Counted from the stretch's first letter, positions 1 to 14,960 are shown. The stretch: DNA of 64,000 bases from Schmidtea polychroa (GCA_044892525.1 CM097886.1:78864001-78928000); one strand, 5' to 3'. Notes: a model not told the origin generated them from the sequence alone. Numbers and translations: made by a program.

Positions 1-49
1 CACTTGCCTTTCTCTTTCTCTGCTGCGGCTTCGATTACGTTTTTTACTC

Positions 50-1450
50 AATTTTGCGAAGAACGGCTTCAGGAACGTCAAAGAGAAAATGTTTTCTGCG
101 CCAAGTCGAAAACGAATCTTTGTGACAAACAAACCTGAAAGCGAGAAAGCTCATTCGGAATCAACGCTTGCCTGTGATATTTTCAAACAGATTCGAAAAT
201 GTTTTTTGGATCACAGTTCCTTGCTTGCCACTTGATTTGAACAGCTTAAACTGATTTTCGAGGACAGTATGTTGTGAGCGTTGGCTTTGGATAGAAAACT
301 GTTATGTCTGTTGCCTCATTTGCGAATAATTTGCTGACGACGAACACTCCAGATTTTCCAGCTTCCGTAGAAATTTTGAGTTTTGTTCGAATGTGAGTTC
401 CTCGACCTCCTCCGTTTCAACGTTATTGTTCTGCACAGCTACGGAAATTTCCCCATCATCATCGATGAATTTCAAAGAGACCTCCTTCAATGATTTGATG
501 ATATTCTTCTCAGACGACTTCTCGATAAACTCAGCGATATCAGGCTTCTTGAATGGATTTCGAAGCAACTTGATAGCATCTGACAGAACAGTTCGTCGTA
601 GGGAGATGCGAAATGTGAGTTGATTGAACAATTCACTACCGATTGCTGAATCGAATTTCTTGATTTCTGTTAACATGAGCCACAGAACAGCATCGGCAGA
701 GAACAAGTTTTAATCTTCTGCACAGAAAGCCTCGACTGCCTTATTGCATACTTGGATAATCTACATCGTTTTGTTTGCAAGTCTGATCGAATAATCCATC
801 AGTAAGAAAATTGCTTTTGACTTATGGCAATAAAAGATTCAAGCAACTACTAAGGATTCTTGCATCTAAATATGGTGTTCAAATCACGTATTATACCACT
901 AATATATTCGGTACTGACTTTTTATGTATTCATTGAATTCCAATTGTCTAACAACCATCGACTGAAAGACACGTTAGTTGTCTTCATATTCATAAGAGAA
1001 ATCATACTTTCTTCAAAAGGATGTTCCCTGATCAAGAAATATTGACTCTTCTTTTGTATATTATACCAAATCTTTGACAAATAACAACTTCAAATTTTCT
1101 TCTTTTAGTAAAACAAATCTCTGGTGAAGGCAATTCATTCAGTTAAACAAAAACTCAAGTAATTCGCTAAAAATTGTACAAATCTTCTTCCATATCCTTG
1201 TTCTTTTTATCAATTGGTCACTATGCTGTATTTGTGTGATTAACTTCTTCGATGATACGTCCAACACGCCACAGTGAAAGGATAATTTTTTCAGATTAAT
1301 TACTTCATAAAATCTTTAGAAACGACATTCCCATATGCCTCTTAAAGACCCATTCGCACTTCTAATAGTTTGTCACAAAAGTTAGAAAACATAATCCTTT
1401 TTACAGTTGTCCAATGACAAAATTTTTTAAATGACCTAGATGAAAATTTC
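50..1450 (-). pseudogene. Degenerate hAT-family transposase
   Basis: Minus-strand translation across frameshifts and stops gives AVEAFCAED*NLFSADAVLWLML..., ORF 302-706, and a hAT dimerisation-domain-like C-terminus ISQASVDSE*AFSLSGLFVTKIRFRLGAENIFSLTFLKPFF. Confidence 0.7.
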
Positions 1451-3530
1451 TCTCTCCAAAACTTTGTAATTTTGCAAAATCCAAGCTAGAAGTTTTGCGT
1501 TTAGCGTATGCGGTGGTTATGACTTAATTTTCATGTATGCAAAAACAGGGAAAGGCTTCGAAATTCTTTGACAGTTTTCCAATCTGTGATATAAGCAGGT
1601 CAACTGTCCGACAGGAAGTTGTTGATTTTACAAATACAATTATTGAATATATCTCGTTTTATGGACGCATGGAAATAGCCGTACATTTTAATGAATTAAT
1701 TTAATGCGTCTTTTTCAACAACTGTTAAAGACGCAAATGTAAAAGTATATAAAGTTCTCAAAACCCTTTATGAAATAATTTACTAATCCGGTTTTATCAA
1801 AGGCCCCCTATTAATTTATGTCATTTTTATTTTTATGTCTTTAGTCTCATATAGAAAGGTTACTTGTAATCTGTTGAAAACCTTTCAGAGCCCTTATATA
1901 ATAATTTCGGCATGCCACATCTCAAATAACTGCATTCTACATCTTTATTCATTTTATGTAGATAATAAATTTTGGGTAGGGGATTTATACTTTTCTCTCT
2001 TAAAATTCAAATATTACACAAATTTTTATTCATGCATTGATGAGACATGGTAATTTGCATAATCAAATACTTGCCCCCATTCTTGATTTTTCTTATAGAG
2101 ACACATAAAATTAATACTATCATACAAATTATATATATTGAAAAACATTTATAATATTTGTAATACAAGTTTTGTATACAATGTGTTTGCTTGAAACATG
2201 TAAAAAAAGTAATAATATATAAAAAGTAAAAACATTCTTAAAAGGAAACTTTTGCTATAAAATCGCCTTTACCTCGGCGATGATTAAACTAGGTGACAAA
2301 AACGAAAAATAGAACTTCTTTTCGGAAGTCCGAATGGATAATGTGGGACATTATCTTAAGAAATAAATCCTAAACATCATCCATGGTACCAGAACAAGAG
2401 CGGCAACAAACGCGGGCCCTGAGTGTATGGAAAATACAACGAGTTGGTTTGCTTAGGGTGTATGAAATTTTTCATGACACCAAAGTCCAAATGCAACATT
2501 TGTCTAGTTTATTTTTAATAGTTCTTTGAAATTTCGAAATGCGAATTTTATTTTTTTCATTTTATTTTCTTTATTTACTCAAATTAAAAATTTGTCTCTG
2601 AAAAGATAAATGTCAAATTTAGAATAATTGTTCCCAAACTTTGAACTAAATTATGACATTTAATTATGTTTTAACATAATACTTTCCCTACCAATTGGAT
2701 GCTCAATATTTTCTGTTCCCTCAGACTTTGGTAGAATATTAAGGCAAATTGGCTGGGGATATTCATGCTGTTCTTCCAAAGATTCAATATCATCATTCTG
2801 AAGGTCATTTCTATTAGGAGGATTCTCATGAAGCCCAACAATAATTCATATTCTTTGATATTGAAATGGTACTGACTTGAGTTGGCCCTTCGAATATGTA
2901 ACTCCTATTTCATTTGGACATATGAAAATACAAATGCACCTTATATGTTATACGACTTAATAAATTCAAGTAGACTTTTTTAGTTTTGCATCCGCTTACT
3001 GTACTAATATTTGTTAAATTTTGCAGATTTTTGTCAGGTGCAATCATTAGAAATTGGTTTTGATTTCTTACAAAAAGTTCTTACATTCATTTTGTCATGT
3101 AGTATTTTCATTTTGTACCAAAAACTACAGATTTTTTATTTATTTGTCTTTGTAACTTGATGCATATATTCCGATGTTAAGTGAAAAATAGCAGATGTTG
3201 GAGCTTCGAATTCTTGCGCAAGCAGTTTTAAATCTGATTAGAATAATATCTTTCTCAGTTGATTGGTGCAAAGATGTGCGTATACCTATTTGGTCGCTAA
3301 TTGGATCCCTCCATTAAATGTTTAGGAAAGAGTTTTGAACGAAATATCAAAAGATTCCTGCAATTCTTTTGTTTTTCCTTTTTATCCAAGTAATGAAGAC
3401 AAATTTCGAAAATTTACATTTTTTCACATTTCTTCAAATTTACAAATAGTAATTTAATTTTTCCAAATAATTTTTAAGGATGTTAAATTTTCAACAAATA
3501 AATTTAAAAGTTGAATATATAAAGAAAAAC

Positions 3531-3670
3531 NNNNNNNNNNNNNNNNNNNNNNNNNNNNNNNNNNNNNNNNNNNNNNNNNNNNNNNNNNNNNNNNNNNNNN
3601 NNNNNNNNNNNNNNNNNNNNNNNNNNNNNNNNNNNNNNNNNNNNNNNNNNNNNNNNNNNNNNNNNNNNNN
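3531..3670. other. Assembly gap (N run)
   Basis: Run of N. Confidence 1.
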
Positions 3671-5801
3671 CAATTTTACAAAAAAAAATTTTGTTTAGTT
3701 TTTTTAATAATTCATTTGAATATATAAACAAAAACTTTAAAAGTTTGTGTTCACCGAAATTTAATAATAAATTATAATTAGATTACAACTATAAAATTTA
3801 CAATTAAAAAATTACAATTAAATAATAATTAAGGATATAATTCTAAAAATTTCTAGAATTTTACAACTGATATAATATTTTTGATTATATATTATAACAA
3901 AGAATTTGAAAGGCTATCGCATACTTTCAACAAAAAATATTTCTACGAAAGAAAATTTCTTTTTGTTCCGAATTGTCTTAAAACTAAAGTCTGAAAGAAT
4001 CTAATTTGTATAGTAAAATATAATGCCGAGTACAAAAATTGACTGTATAAAAGATTGAAACTAATAAAAAATAGACTCCTCTTTTAGTATGTGATAAATA
4101 TTACACTTTTTTATAGAAAATCCAATCACTTCTAAAAAATAAAATATAAAATAACATAGGACATTTTGGAACTTTTTCGACACTTACAGGTACAGTAAAT
4201 AATACTGCTGTAGTTAAAGAAATAATGAAAGGATTTTTTTAATGTAAATGAAAAAAATAATGAAAATATAAATAGTAAAGTTTTTCTGTAAAAGATATAT
4301 TTCCCAAATTGATGATTCCTCATATTTATAATTAAAACAAGATTATTATTTTTTCTCTGTTTTTCAAAATATATTTTCATATTGATGACGCTTCCCACTT
4401 ATAATTAAAACAAATTGATTTGATTTTTTAAAATATTTTTTCCTCTTTGTTTTTCCAAATATATTTCCCGAATAAAACCATAATCTAGCTGAAACCAAAT
4501 ATATTTATTCCCATAATTAATTTCCTTTTCTCCCGAAAATCTCGAACCCCTAATTATATATCATATTGACTCAATCAATTAATATTAATAAAACAACAAA
4601 AATTCTGTAAAAACATTTTTATTTTTATTTTAAATTTTGAAAATCCTTGATAAATTGTCAATTAAAACTGAATGAATGATTTTTTAATTATAATTACAAG
4701 TTTTTAAATAATTTTCAGAAGGAAAAAAAACAACAACAATAATCAGTGATGATGAAGTAATATCAGAATGAAAAATAAATTTAATCGTTCAAAAATCTGA
4801 CTAAATCAACCGAAATTTGCATTTCAAGCTTACTTGGTTCGTCAAGAAATAATAGACACGCAACTCCACGAACTAATCAACGGTGTCGTGATATTTCTAT
4901 CAATTAAGGATGACATTGACTTTTAGCAGCATTCAAGGGTCCTCAGCCTTCGATAATCAGGTATTAAAATGAGTAATTGCACAAATGAGTCGATTTTTAA
5001 TTCTTGGTTGAAAAAATTATAAGGCAACCGAAATTATTTTTTGAAAATCTTATAAATAAAATTAAGTCTTGTAAAAATTGATAGTTAAAATAATAAAAAT
5101 TAATTAATATTCGTTTAGATTATTATAATCCCGATATTTTAGGAATTGCTAAAATTATTTTAATTAATTATAAAAATTAAAAACATGAATTTATATTTAG
5201 AATAAAGGTTCCTTAATTTGAATAATTATTATTTTATTTAACTTATAATAACTTACTGTGTCCATAGGTGTATTTAACCGCAAGCATTCAGGGCTCCGCA
5301 AAACTACAAATTTACACTTTTTTCTAATGACACCAAGTTTGGTTTCATAAATGCAATTTTAATAACAAACAAGTTTACAATCGCCAGTAAAACCTGACGG
5401 GATGTTTATAAAGCTCATTTTTTTGTTTTAATAGAGTAAAAATTTAACTCAGAAACTCAATATCTGAGAAAAGACTAAATAATGTCGTTATATATATATA
5501 TATATAGGCGATATCTTTGAAATTATTGATTGTGGTGAGATAGTTAGTAAGTTTGCAAAACGAAAAGCAAGAAAAAAATTTAATTAACTATTTTCACATT
5601 TGTAAGTTTTATTTCAAGTAAAATTCCATGTTTTTTTGTACTAATTTCTGATTGTTACTCCTATTATACGTATACTATCATTAATTATAATTATATTTTT
5701 ACAGATGTTCAACTTTTAGTTCAGAACTTTGTGATTATTATTGTTATTATAAATTTTATTATACATGTATTATATTCAAAATTCATTGGAAATATAACAT
5801 T

Positions 5802-6420
5802 CAGTGGCGTCACTAGGGTTGGTGTCACCCAGTGCGGTAACTCATAGGGTCATCTTCCTCGCGACACCCATAGACTTCATCTGAGTCCGCCAGTGCAAAA
5901 TAACAGTAACAGTTTATAAATATAGGTCCTATATTTACAAAGGCAATAAAAGAAAAAATTAATTCAAAGTCGTTTTGTAAAAGATTGTAAGAAGTTAAGA
6001 ACTAAGAACTACATAGAAAATATATTACTTTTTTAATTGTTATTTTAACATTAAATTTTATGTCATATTAAATCTTGACTAAATATGAACTTTCCTTTCC
6101 TGCAAACTCGTTAATTAGTTCATTGAAATCAACTTCTTTCGCCAAATCACTCTCAATTGATAATATTGGAAGATCAGAAGGCCTTGACTGTCCCATGGTA
6201 GATCACAAATAGTTCTTTATAAACTTTTGCTTTGAAAAACTCCTCTTACATGAAGCCACATACACACATGAGAGATATGAGAGAGATTCTAGGAAGTCTA
6301 ATTCAGCCATGAATTTAAAAACGTCAAGTACTGACCAGTCTTTGGCTTCTTTGAGACCAATCTCTGCTGCCTTCAGGTGCTTTCTCAGCCTTCGGTAAAA
6401 CAAACTCTATTGTAGGTTAT
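5802..6420 (-). mobile_element. hAT (ZMYM1/Tip100-like) element end with transposase C-terminal remnant
   Basis: Terminus CAGTGGCGTCACTAGGGTTGGTGTCACCC at 5802. Minus strand encodes SCKRSFSKQKFIKNYL*STMGQSRPSDLPILSIESDLAKEVDFNELINEFA, a hATC motif. Confidence 0.75.
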
Positions 6421-6995
6421 GTTAGACATGAACTAGCTAACTGTGCGAAAAAGTCACAGTGGAGTGCCGGGAGCCGATCGGTAGCCCAAAAATCGATGTT
6501 TTTGACAGTTGTATTTATGTTTAAATATTTAATTTAATAAATATTTATGTTTACCACCCATTTGTTAAATTCAACCACAAAACTTACAATAAAACTTACA
6601 AATATATTTTTTGTTAGTTAAATTAATTTTAATAAACAAAATTGCAAATCGGTTTAGTCTTTCTTGACTAGTTGTCCTTCTTTGCCATGCTTTCAATGTA
6701 TCTAATTGTCTGTTGAACGATTTTTCGTTTGGAAAAATGGTAAATGATACTCTAAAAACAAATAGGCAAATATATCTTCAAGTTCTCCGTGCTAAAACTG
6801 ACTTGTGGATACTTTTTAAGCGAAAGAAAATTGCAAGTTTTCCCTGCTAATTCTAAATGGGTGACAATAATTCATATGTGGTATCGGCGGCTCCAAATAT
6901 TGTCTTAAAATCATTGATAATACAGGATTGGAACGAAAGTATTGTCCGATAGAAAATAATATTTATTTAACGAATAAAGACAATATGTAAATTGA

Positions 6996-7414
6996 CAGGG
7001 CCGGCCTTCTCCATGAATGTGCCCGGGTGCAAATATTTTTTTGGGGCCCTCAACATAAAAAAGAATAGTAATACCAACGTAAACGTCCTTTTTTAAAAAA
7101 TACTTAATTTTTGTACTAATTTCTTTCTCAGAAACTAAAAAAATAATAATAAAATAATACAAAAACAATACAAAAACAAAAAATTATGAAAAAAGTACAT
7201 AAAACATATCTAATGATTTTTATACGTTATTTCTTATTAATTAAAAAAAAATTTAAAAAATATAATATTTAAAAAAGAAATAAAAAATAATTTAAATAAT
7301 TTTTTTATGTAAAATATAATTTATATAATTTTTTTCTCTTATTGAGGGCCTCCTGTAAAAGTGGAGCCCAGGTGCTTTGGAACCGCTGCACCCCCCCCCA
7401 TATGGCCGGCACTG
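6996..7414. mobile_element. hAT-type MITE
   Basis: TIRs CAGGGCCGGCC / GGCCGGCACTG. 8-bp TSD taaattga / taaattgt (7/8). Confidence 0.8.
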
Positions 7415-9603
7415 TAAATTGTAAATATATAATTCCCATATTATCCAAATACGGATATTTTGAAATCTTATTCTAATTCTATCGATTTTTTTCTGTTATT
7501 TTATAGAAGGTTAGATTATGCAGAGAATCTTTGTGTTTCTAAAAGAATTTAAAAAATTCTCAGGTTGGATGACTAAGAAGATTTCTGAAGACTTGTTGCG
7601 AAATTGCATTTGTGTAGAAACTTAAACATTTTTCAAAAAGGAAAACATAGCCGTTAAGATTGTGCTTATTTTTCTGATTTGTAATCATATATAAAGTTAT
7701 TATTTCTTCCTCTGAAAACAACTTCTTTAATTAAACAGATGAGCCGAGGAGCTGCATTTTAACTTAATTATTAAAGAACATTTTTACAATAGGTTGAAAC
7801 TACTAATTGGCCATACAAATCGTGAATATTGGCTGCAATACTGCAATACTGAAATACTGCAATACAATGAGCAATTTTTTCAAAAATTATAATTACCGCG
7901 CAGATCAAAAGATTGCTGTAAATATTGTTAAAAATTTGTGTTGATTAAAATTTAGGTTTGTATATAAATTAGTCTTTTAATTTCTATCAAATTCAGTTGT
8001 AGTTAGTCAATAAGTTTGTGTCATTCGAGTATGATTTTTATTGACTGAGTAGTAAAAAAGAAAAGATTTTCATTTAATTTTGTCGAGTAGTCCAAAATTC
8101 TTCATTCCTTAATTTAATCTATCAAATAATACCAATACTAAACTGTCATGTTCGCATTAGCAGGCCACTCGAATTCAAGTGAAATAATTGATGAAATTAA
8201 CTGTGGGATTTTTTTCAAGAGTCTTACCAAGATTTTTTTTAGTAATTAATTTTTTTAGAAACCTAAGTTTTGAATTTATACATAAAAAGAAACTGATTCT
8301 ACGACTTTAAATGATTATTCGACTAAGGCGTATTTTCTATTTAGGTGTCTTGAAAGTTTTTCAAAACACAATGTTATTGTCAAAACATGATCGAACTCTC
8401 AATACCGATGGTAATATGAGAGCTGTTACCCAGGCTATGTTTATTCAACTATTTGCTGTAACATTCGACTAAGAACCGCTGTCAGTGCACTATTTATTCG
8501 GTCTCATTAGATTAGAATTCATCAATTTTCCCTCTTAGACAGATCTCTGAAGTGGTAGATAAACACTCATCAGCTCTGATTATGTTCTCCTGAAAAAACT
8601 TTCATACAAACATGAATACACACATTTCTAAAGATTACTTGAAAAAATTGTCAATTCTGACAAAAAGAAATTTTCTACTTTTTAATTTTCAAAGAAAAAT
8701 GATTTAATTTGGCATTTTAATTTGATTTTTCAAATGAAATTTAAGTATATCAATGATGAAACAAACCGAAAATTGTTAAGATTTTTATGAATTTTAATTG
8801 GCGTTTTTTAAACTCTACAGTTAATAAAGAAATGCTCTTGATACATACTGTTAATGAATAAATGGGGGTGGTTTATAGATAGAATATTCACATCCTCACA
8901 GCTGTTCTCAATGGGCTCTTCTGCAATTTGCTATTGATAAACCATAACTGCTGGCATGATTTCAAGAGCTACTCCAGAGCGTCAACACAAAAGCTTATTT
9001 CTATAGGCAGTGCGATTGAATTAAATTTTTTTTTCGATGAGATGTAAATGGGAAAGAACTCTAATAAATGCGATATTCATTGACTCTATAGAAAATCAGC
9101 GGAATAAATTTAGAAATCAATCGAACAATTGATTATTTATCGATTAAAGATATAGTCAATAAAGGCATTAAAAGAGAAAAAAATGCTGCTTTTAATGAGG
9201 TAAATGTTACACTAAATAAAGAACAATTCTGATTGTAATCCAACTGTAAATTTTGTTGATTAAAATTAATCATGTGTAGAGAAATTATTGCTTGATGATA
9301 GAAAACAGTTTTCTTAGATCACAGATTCGAGATTCTCGAGTGGTTGTTGATAACTTTTTAATAATACGCATGATTATTATGATTGTATATGGAAATATTT
9401 ATTGGATTTATTTTCAATTAATAGATATTACATTTAAATTTATTGTATTATGTATATAGGGTAAAATTTATTCTAAACATAAAATTAATGTTAATTTATT
9501 GATTTATCATGAACACACTCAACAGAAAATATAATTCATTAAAAGAAACTATTTTTAATGAAGTAATCTATACCCAATGGGACTTTATAACTTCACTCAA
9601 CGC

Positions 9604-9711
9604 TCAAGTGGCTTGCAACCAATCATAATTAAGTATCGCACAGAATGATTATTTAGACTGATTTTTCAAGTGGCTGTAATTGTAGTCTATCAATATCTAT
9701 TTTGTGATTGG
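9604..9711 (+). promoter_or_regulatory. Candidate NK2.1 proximal promoter: two TCAAGTGGCT (NK2-type sites) and two CCAAT boxes
   Basis: TCAAGTGGCT at 9604 and 9666, CCAAT at 9619, ATTGG at 9707, about 400-500 bp upstream of the ATG at 10099. Confidence 0.45.
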
Positions 9712-10098
9712 CTGAAAGCTTAGAAACAAGTCATCGGTGTCATGCCAACAGCACACTAATTCGACATTTGTTGTAGAGTTGGTTTTTAATAGAGTTCGAT
9801 GCTGGATTCTCTCAGTTTTTGCAGTGAGTATTCTTCATCAGCGTTTGAGCACTCTTCACTCAGTTTCAACAACCATCACTGGATCGACTCAGACACTTCT
9901 AAGTGGATCACAAGTATCACATCAATATCGTAAGCCTTCCAGCAACAAGTATTTTCCACAACTAAACATTCTTCAAATATACACTTGTCAAATATTTCAA
10001 AACATCTCCAAATAACAATTGACACCGATTTTAAATTTTTTTCATACTTGCACCTCATTCAAGTAATTTAGAACCGAGTGGGTCACTTGAACTAGCCA

Positions 10099-13000
10099 AT
10101 GTCTTTGCAGCCTTCTTGTAGTACTGATGGTTCTTACTCGTCTTATCGCTCGTTCGGGCCTTCATTAATCTCATGCTCATCATTTTCAAATGCATATTAT
10201 GGTGCTGATATTGCGGGACTCTATGCAGCCGAGCCTCGACCATTTAATGTACCTGGCTATTCAACTAACCCTACAAATTGGTGTTGTAATATGTCAGGAG
10301 GAATCAACACAGATACTAGATCAGCAGGTAAATAAATTTTTAAAATGTTTGAATCATTATAATATTTTCAGTCTCCAAACTAATAGGTGCTTCAGATACT
10401 TCATCCGGCCCAACTTATAATCCATGCAATTTAATGTCACCCTTTTTCCCATCGAGTAGATATGACAGATCTAGTAATTTATTTTCTGGCAATTCACCAA
10501 TAAATGGAATGCTATATCAAAGTCATTCTCAAAGACGACGAAGACGCATATTATTCAGCCAAGCTCAAGTCTATGAGTTAGAAAGACGATTCAAGCAACA
10601 AAAATATTTGTCAGCTCCAGAACGTGAACATCTGGCATCATTAATCAATTTAACACCCACACAAGTAAATATTATCAATTGATTTCTTCAAAAATTTTAC
10701 AATTATCATTTTTTCTATTGAACATATTCCGACAATATTTATAAAATATATTTTTTATTCGATTGACCTTGTAAACAGATTGAAAATTTCAAGGAAACTT
10801 TGTAATAAAAATATATGCTGAGAATTTAATAATCATTTGTAATAATTTAGATTGTGAGGGCAAAATTAAAAAAAACTTTATTTTTATCTGTAGAACTATT
10901 CTTTAAAACAAAAGGTATTTCAACCACTAAAAAAAAATTTTTGAAAAGCTCAAAATGATTTCTCAAATTAAATATTAGAAAATTATTTGTGAATTTTAGA
11001 CAAATGACATTTGCAATTTTATTTCATCTAAATGTTAATTTGGGGTATAAAATTCAAATATAGTACTTAAATTTAAATTAAAATTTAATAATAAAATTTA
11101 ATGAATTATGTGAAAATTTAAAATTGTTATACACATGGTAATTTGCAATCTAAATGTAATCCTTACAAAAGCTTGAAAATAAAACTTGAGTCAATCATAA
11201 GCTCACAGATTTTGTGAACAATCGAGTGAAGTGCTGTTTCCGTATGTCTAAGCAGGTGTTTTTAAAGCACCTCTAAACTGAATGAGTAGTAAAAACAAGG
11301 CATTCAACGTTTCTTGAAACAAATGATTTCACATTATTTCATATGAGAAACTTTTATAGTATTTATTAGAGTATGATGTAATAACTGTTAGTTTTAGCAA
11401 AAACAAATTGCATAACCTAGTATAATTGCATGTATCTATCATTTTGACCTTTATTATTTTGAAGGTTCTCCTTAACTAATATAATTGTTATTCTATTTCT
11501 CATGAGAGAATAATGGATAGTGCAAAATTGTATACAAAAAATGATCTAGTTATATATTCTTAATAATTTAGATCTTTTGATTGCTAACAATTGAAAAAAA
11601 AATTTTATTTTTATTGTGACCAATATCTAGGTATCAGAATGGTCAACAAGGATATCTAAAAAAGCTTTTCGTTAAATTTATATTTAAAAATATTATTATT
11701 TTAATTTATCAATATATAATATGAGATTTGATATTATGTTACTGTCTTATTTTATATATCTTTCCACGTGTAATAGCGTTGAGTAAGACATTTTAATTTT
11801 TTTAATTAAAAACTATATTTATTAATAATATATTTCTGTGGCTTAATAGAAATAACAACAAGGTTAATATTAAATAAACAATTCAATAAAGAAAAATTTA
11901 AACAAAATTTGCATTCTTGTACCAATTAATTAAAAAAAAATTTATTATTAAAGCGAAATCAAATTAAGAACTTACAGCGATTGCCAATGATCAAATGTAT
12001 TCATACCTTTATGATATATTATAATTAAAATATTATGATGTTTGTTGATTGAATCCATTTCAAAACTAATAATTATAGAGAATGTTATAATTAAAACGCT
12101 AAATATTTTTAATATCAAAATTTTTACAATTCAATAAACTAAAGATTAAAGACTCTACAATTTAACATACTTAAGAGTTAGGGATTTATCTCAAAAATTA
12201 TTACAAATTTTACTGATTATTTTTGCAACTGGTTTGTTTTCGATTTGGTTGGGTTAATAAATTATTTCGGTAGGAATCAAATTGTGTCCTATATATGCTT
12301 ATAACACAGTAATTTGAGGGAACGAACATGAAAATGAATGGTGCATGTGAAAAATTAACAGAGGACATTTTTGAACAAGTACTTTTTCTATACCCTAACC
12401 CTTTGTAATTTGAAGAACACCTCAAATTAGTACAAATCTGATCTGACTCAAATAATCAAAATAACAACTCTTTTCTTTACATTTGTCAAACACTCAGTAA
12501 TTCTTTGTGAAACTAAATCAATACTATCCAAAGTTGTCTTTGCAAGACGTTTTCTTAGATCTAAATGGAAATTTGCCTAAGTTTTTCTTCAACTCAATTA
12601 CATAAAAGATAAACAATTTAAATTAATTTGCTTTTGAAACTTTCGCACCAATCCATTAAAATTTCTAAATTGAATTAATTTGTCAAGAAATAGAATTCTG
12701 TTTCCATATTGACACGATTGATTTAATCAATTAATTTGTTTGTATTTTTAAATAAAATCGCATAAGGAGTCCCATCGATTCCAAATTGTTATATTCGTAT
12801 TTATCCTTTCAATCGCCGCATGTCCATACTTTCCAATAATAATAATAGTTTTTATAATTTTTTAGTTTTTTTAATTAATTTTTTTGAATTATATTAACTT
12901 TTGATTTTTAATTTTTTCACATAAATCTTTGGGAATTTAAAATTTATTTTATTTTCATTTGTAACACTGATAAAATATAAGAGGTGTGATTATTATATGA

Positions 13001-13715
13001 CAATAAGGATAACCACAAACCCTTGTCACTTGATACTTTGATATATTTATATATTTAGGTAAAAATATGGTTTCAAAATCATCGATACAAATGCAAAAGA
13101 TCTCAAAAGGATATTGAAAAAGATCAACAAAAGCGAGAAATAACCGGAATGAGTACAATTCATAGTCCAGCTGACAGTGTGACAAGCGCAGATCATTGTG
13201 ATAATAGGCATAATGTATGTAATTTATTTCCAAATCAACAATCAAAAACTTCAGGATTGAGTACATCTTCCCCAATAATGAAAATTTCCGAAAACATTCC
13301 AGACAATTCATTGTCCCATGTTAAAGTGGAAGATCAAAACGACATGTCATTTGGATTTTCTAAATCTACTTTACCGGGGAAGTTTTCCGAAAAACCCAAT
13401 GATTCCCAATTAAAAGAGAGCATTTCATCGAGCGTTTCAATGGATTGCTCAAGCATGTCTCAATATTATCAACATTTACAATCAAGATATAATTATAATA
13501 TCAACATTTCTGATTTGCGAGCTCCCTCGCTTATTCCTGACTTAGATTCCATTAACAAATCCGAATCTTCATTGGTATTCCCATCAATATTCACTAGTAC
13601 GGAACAACTGTTACCAATAATTTCAGAATCTGGCACATTATACCCATCAGAATTTCCTAATTTACCATTCCCAAATAATGACTCCTATCACTTTAGTTCA
13701 AACAAACCATGGTGA
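10099..13715 (+). CDS. NKX2-1: NK2.1/scarecrow-type homeobox protein (~387 aa; exons 10099-10327, 10387-10664, 13059-13715)
   Basis: Spliced homeodomain [44 protein letters not shown]|[18 protein letters not shown] introns are phase-consistent. Protein ends ...NKPW*. The start codon is inferred (in-frame TAG just upstream). Confidence 0.93.
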
Positions 13716-14339
13716 AATTCAAAAATTATCTCACTAAATTATGCTTCAATTAAACTACTTATTGTTTGACAGTAAATAGTTATTTGTTTTTGTAAAACAT
13801 TAATATAATTTTCTAGTTCATCAATTCGTTAATTAAAATAAAAAGTCAATTTCAACATTTATATTAAAATACAACACAAAAATATCTATCACAAGATTGA
13901 ACCAAGCAAAACATTTTCACACTAAAAATCAATTTCGTTAACAAAATTTTAAAAATAATAATAATAATGATAATAATAATCTGAACTAGAATGTGTTTTC
14001 CTTTCGTACATGCCATGTACGACCTTGATACAATGAGGTAATGCATTATTTCGCTTTTAATAAAGTTTACGATCATGCAAAACGTACAATTTAGAGAAGT
14101 AGAAAATTCAAATGGCAATGATTTATAAATGGATGATTTATATCATTTCTAATGACATATTAAAATTGACAACATCAGCTGGAGCATAAACTAAAAAAAT
14201 AAATAAAAATGTATCAAATTTTATTGATCAAAATATTTGTTGCAATATTAATTTAAAAAAAAATCCATAGAATTTATATAGCAATTGTAATAAATATGTT
14301 TAAATGCAGAGTTTTGCCTTCATTTCATACAGAATTATA

Positions 14340-14960
14340 ATGAAGGCAAAACAAGGTAAGACCACCGTTTCAAGCATTATTTTTCAATATTCTTATATAA
14401 AGGAAGAATACAAGCAAATAGAAGAGGTGGTGTTCGAAATATAAAGTTGGGGGAAGTCGAAAAGAATGGGATAAAAGATCTTGTAGATGAAAATGCCTGT
14501 ATAAAGAGCATTTAAGGAAAGTGGGCAGAAGAAAACACGGTAGAGTCCAAATCTTCCATTTGCGGAGTATGTTAGGAGATTACTCTTAAACAGATGAAAT
14601 GCACTATAATTAGAGTTTAAGGTTCTTAACGCTTATTGAAGATATCGACAATAATAATCTTTGTGGATGAGGCAGGCTTCTGTGGGTAAACCCGCTATGA
14701 TAACTTCGCCGGTGTTAAGGACACGAAACATATCCATATAAGCAGCTATGTGTAAGACTGGGATTGTAAATTTTTAAAATAAAATTCATGCCTATAATAC
14801 AACAGATTTCATGAGCTACATTAGAAGTTTGACTGAAGTTTTAAATTCTAGAAAGGAGTAATCATTATGGATATCATAGCTTATGTGTTAAATATTTTAT
14901 TATTTACTTCTTCCTCGGTTCTCTCGTTCCTTAACCTCAATTGGGGGAATTTCGTTAAAT
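14340..14960 (+). pseudogene. Degenerate Tc1/IS630-like transposase
   Basis: Fragments TTVSSIIFQY, RGGVRNIKL, IIIFVDEAGF, RTRNISI*AAMCKTGIV, VIIMD, with many stops and frameshifts. Confidence 0.7.

Noticed and set aside
2650-3400. Possible minus-strand gene or transposase
   Set aside because: There are partly open stretches with several stops and no motif I can identify.
3480-3731. ORFs listed across the N run (likewise 15914-16256)
   Set aside because: Artefacts of unknown bases.
9737-10015. Upstream coding exon of NK2.1
   Set aside because: I could not join it in frame to exon 10099 with any nearby acceptor, and it has no convincing TN motif.
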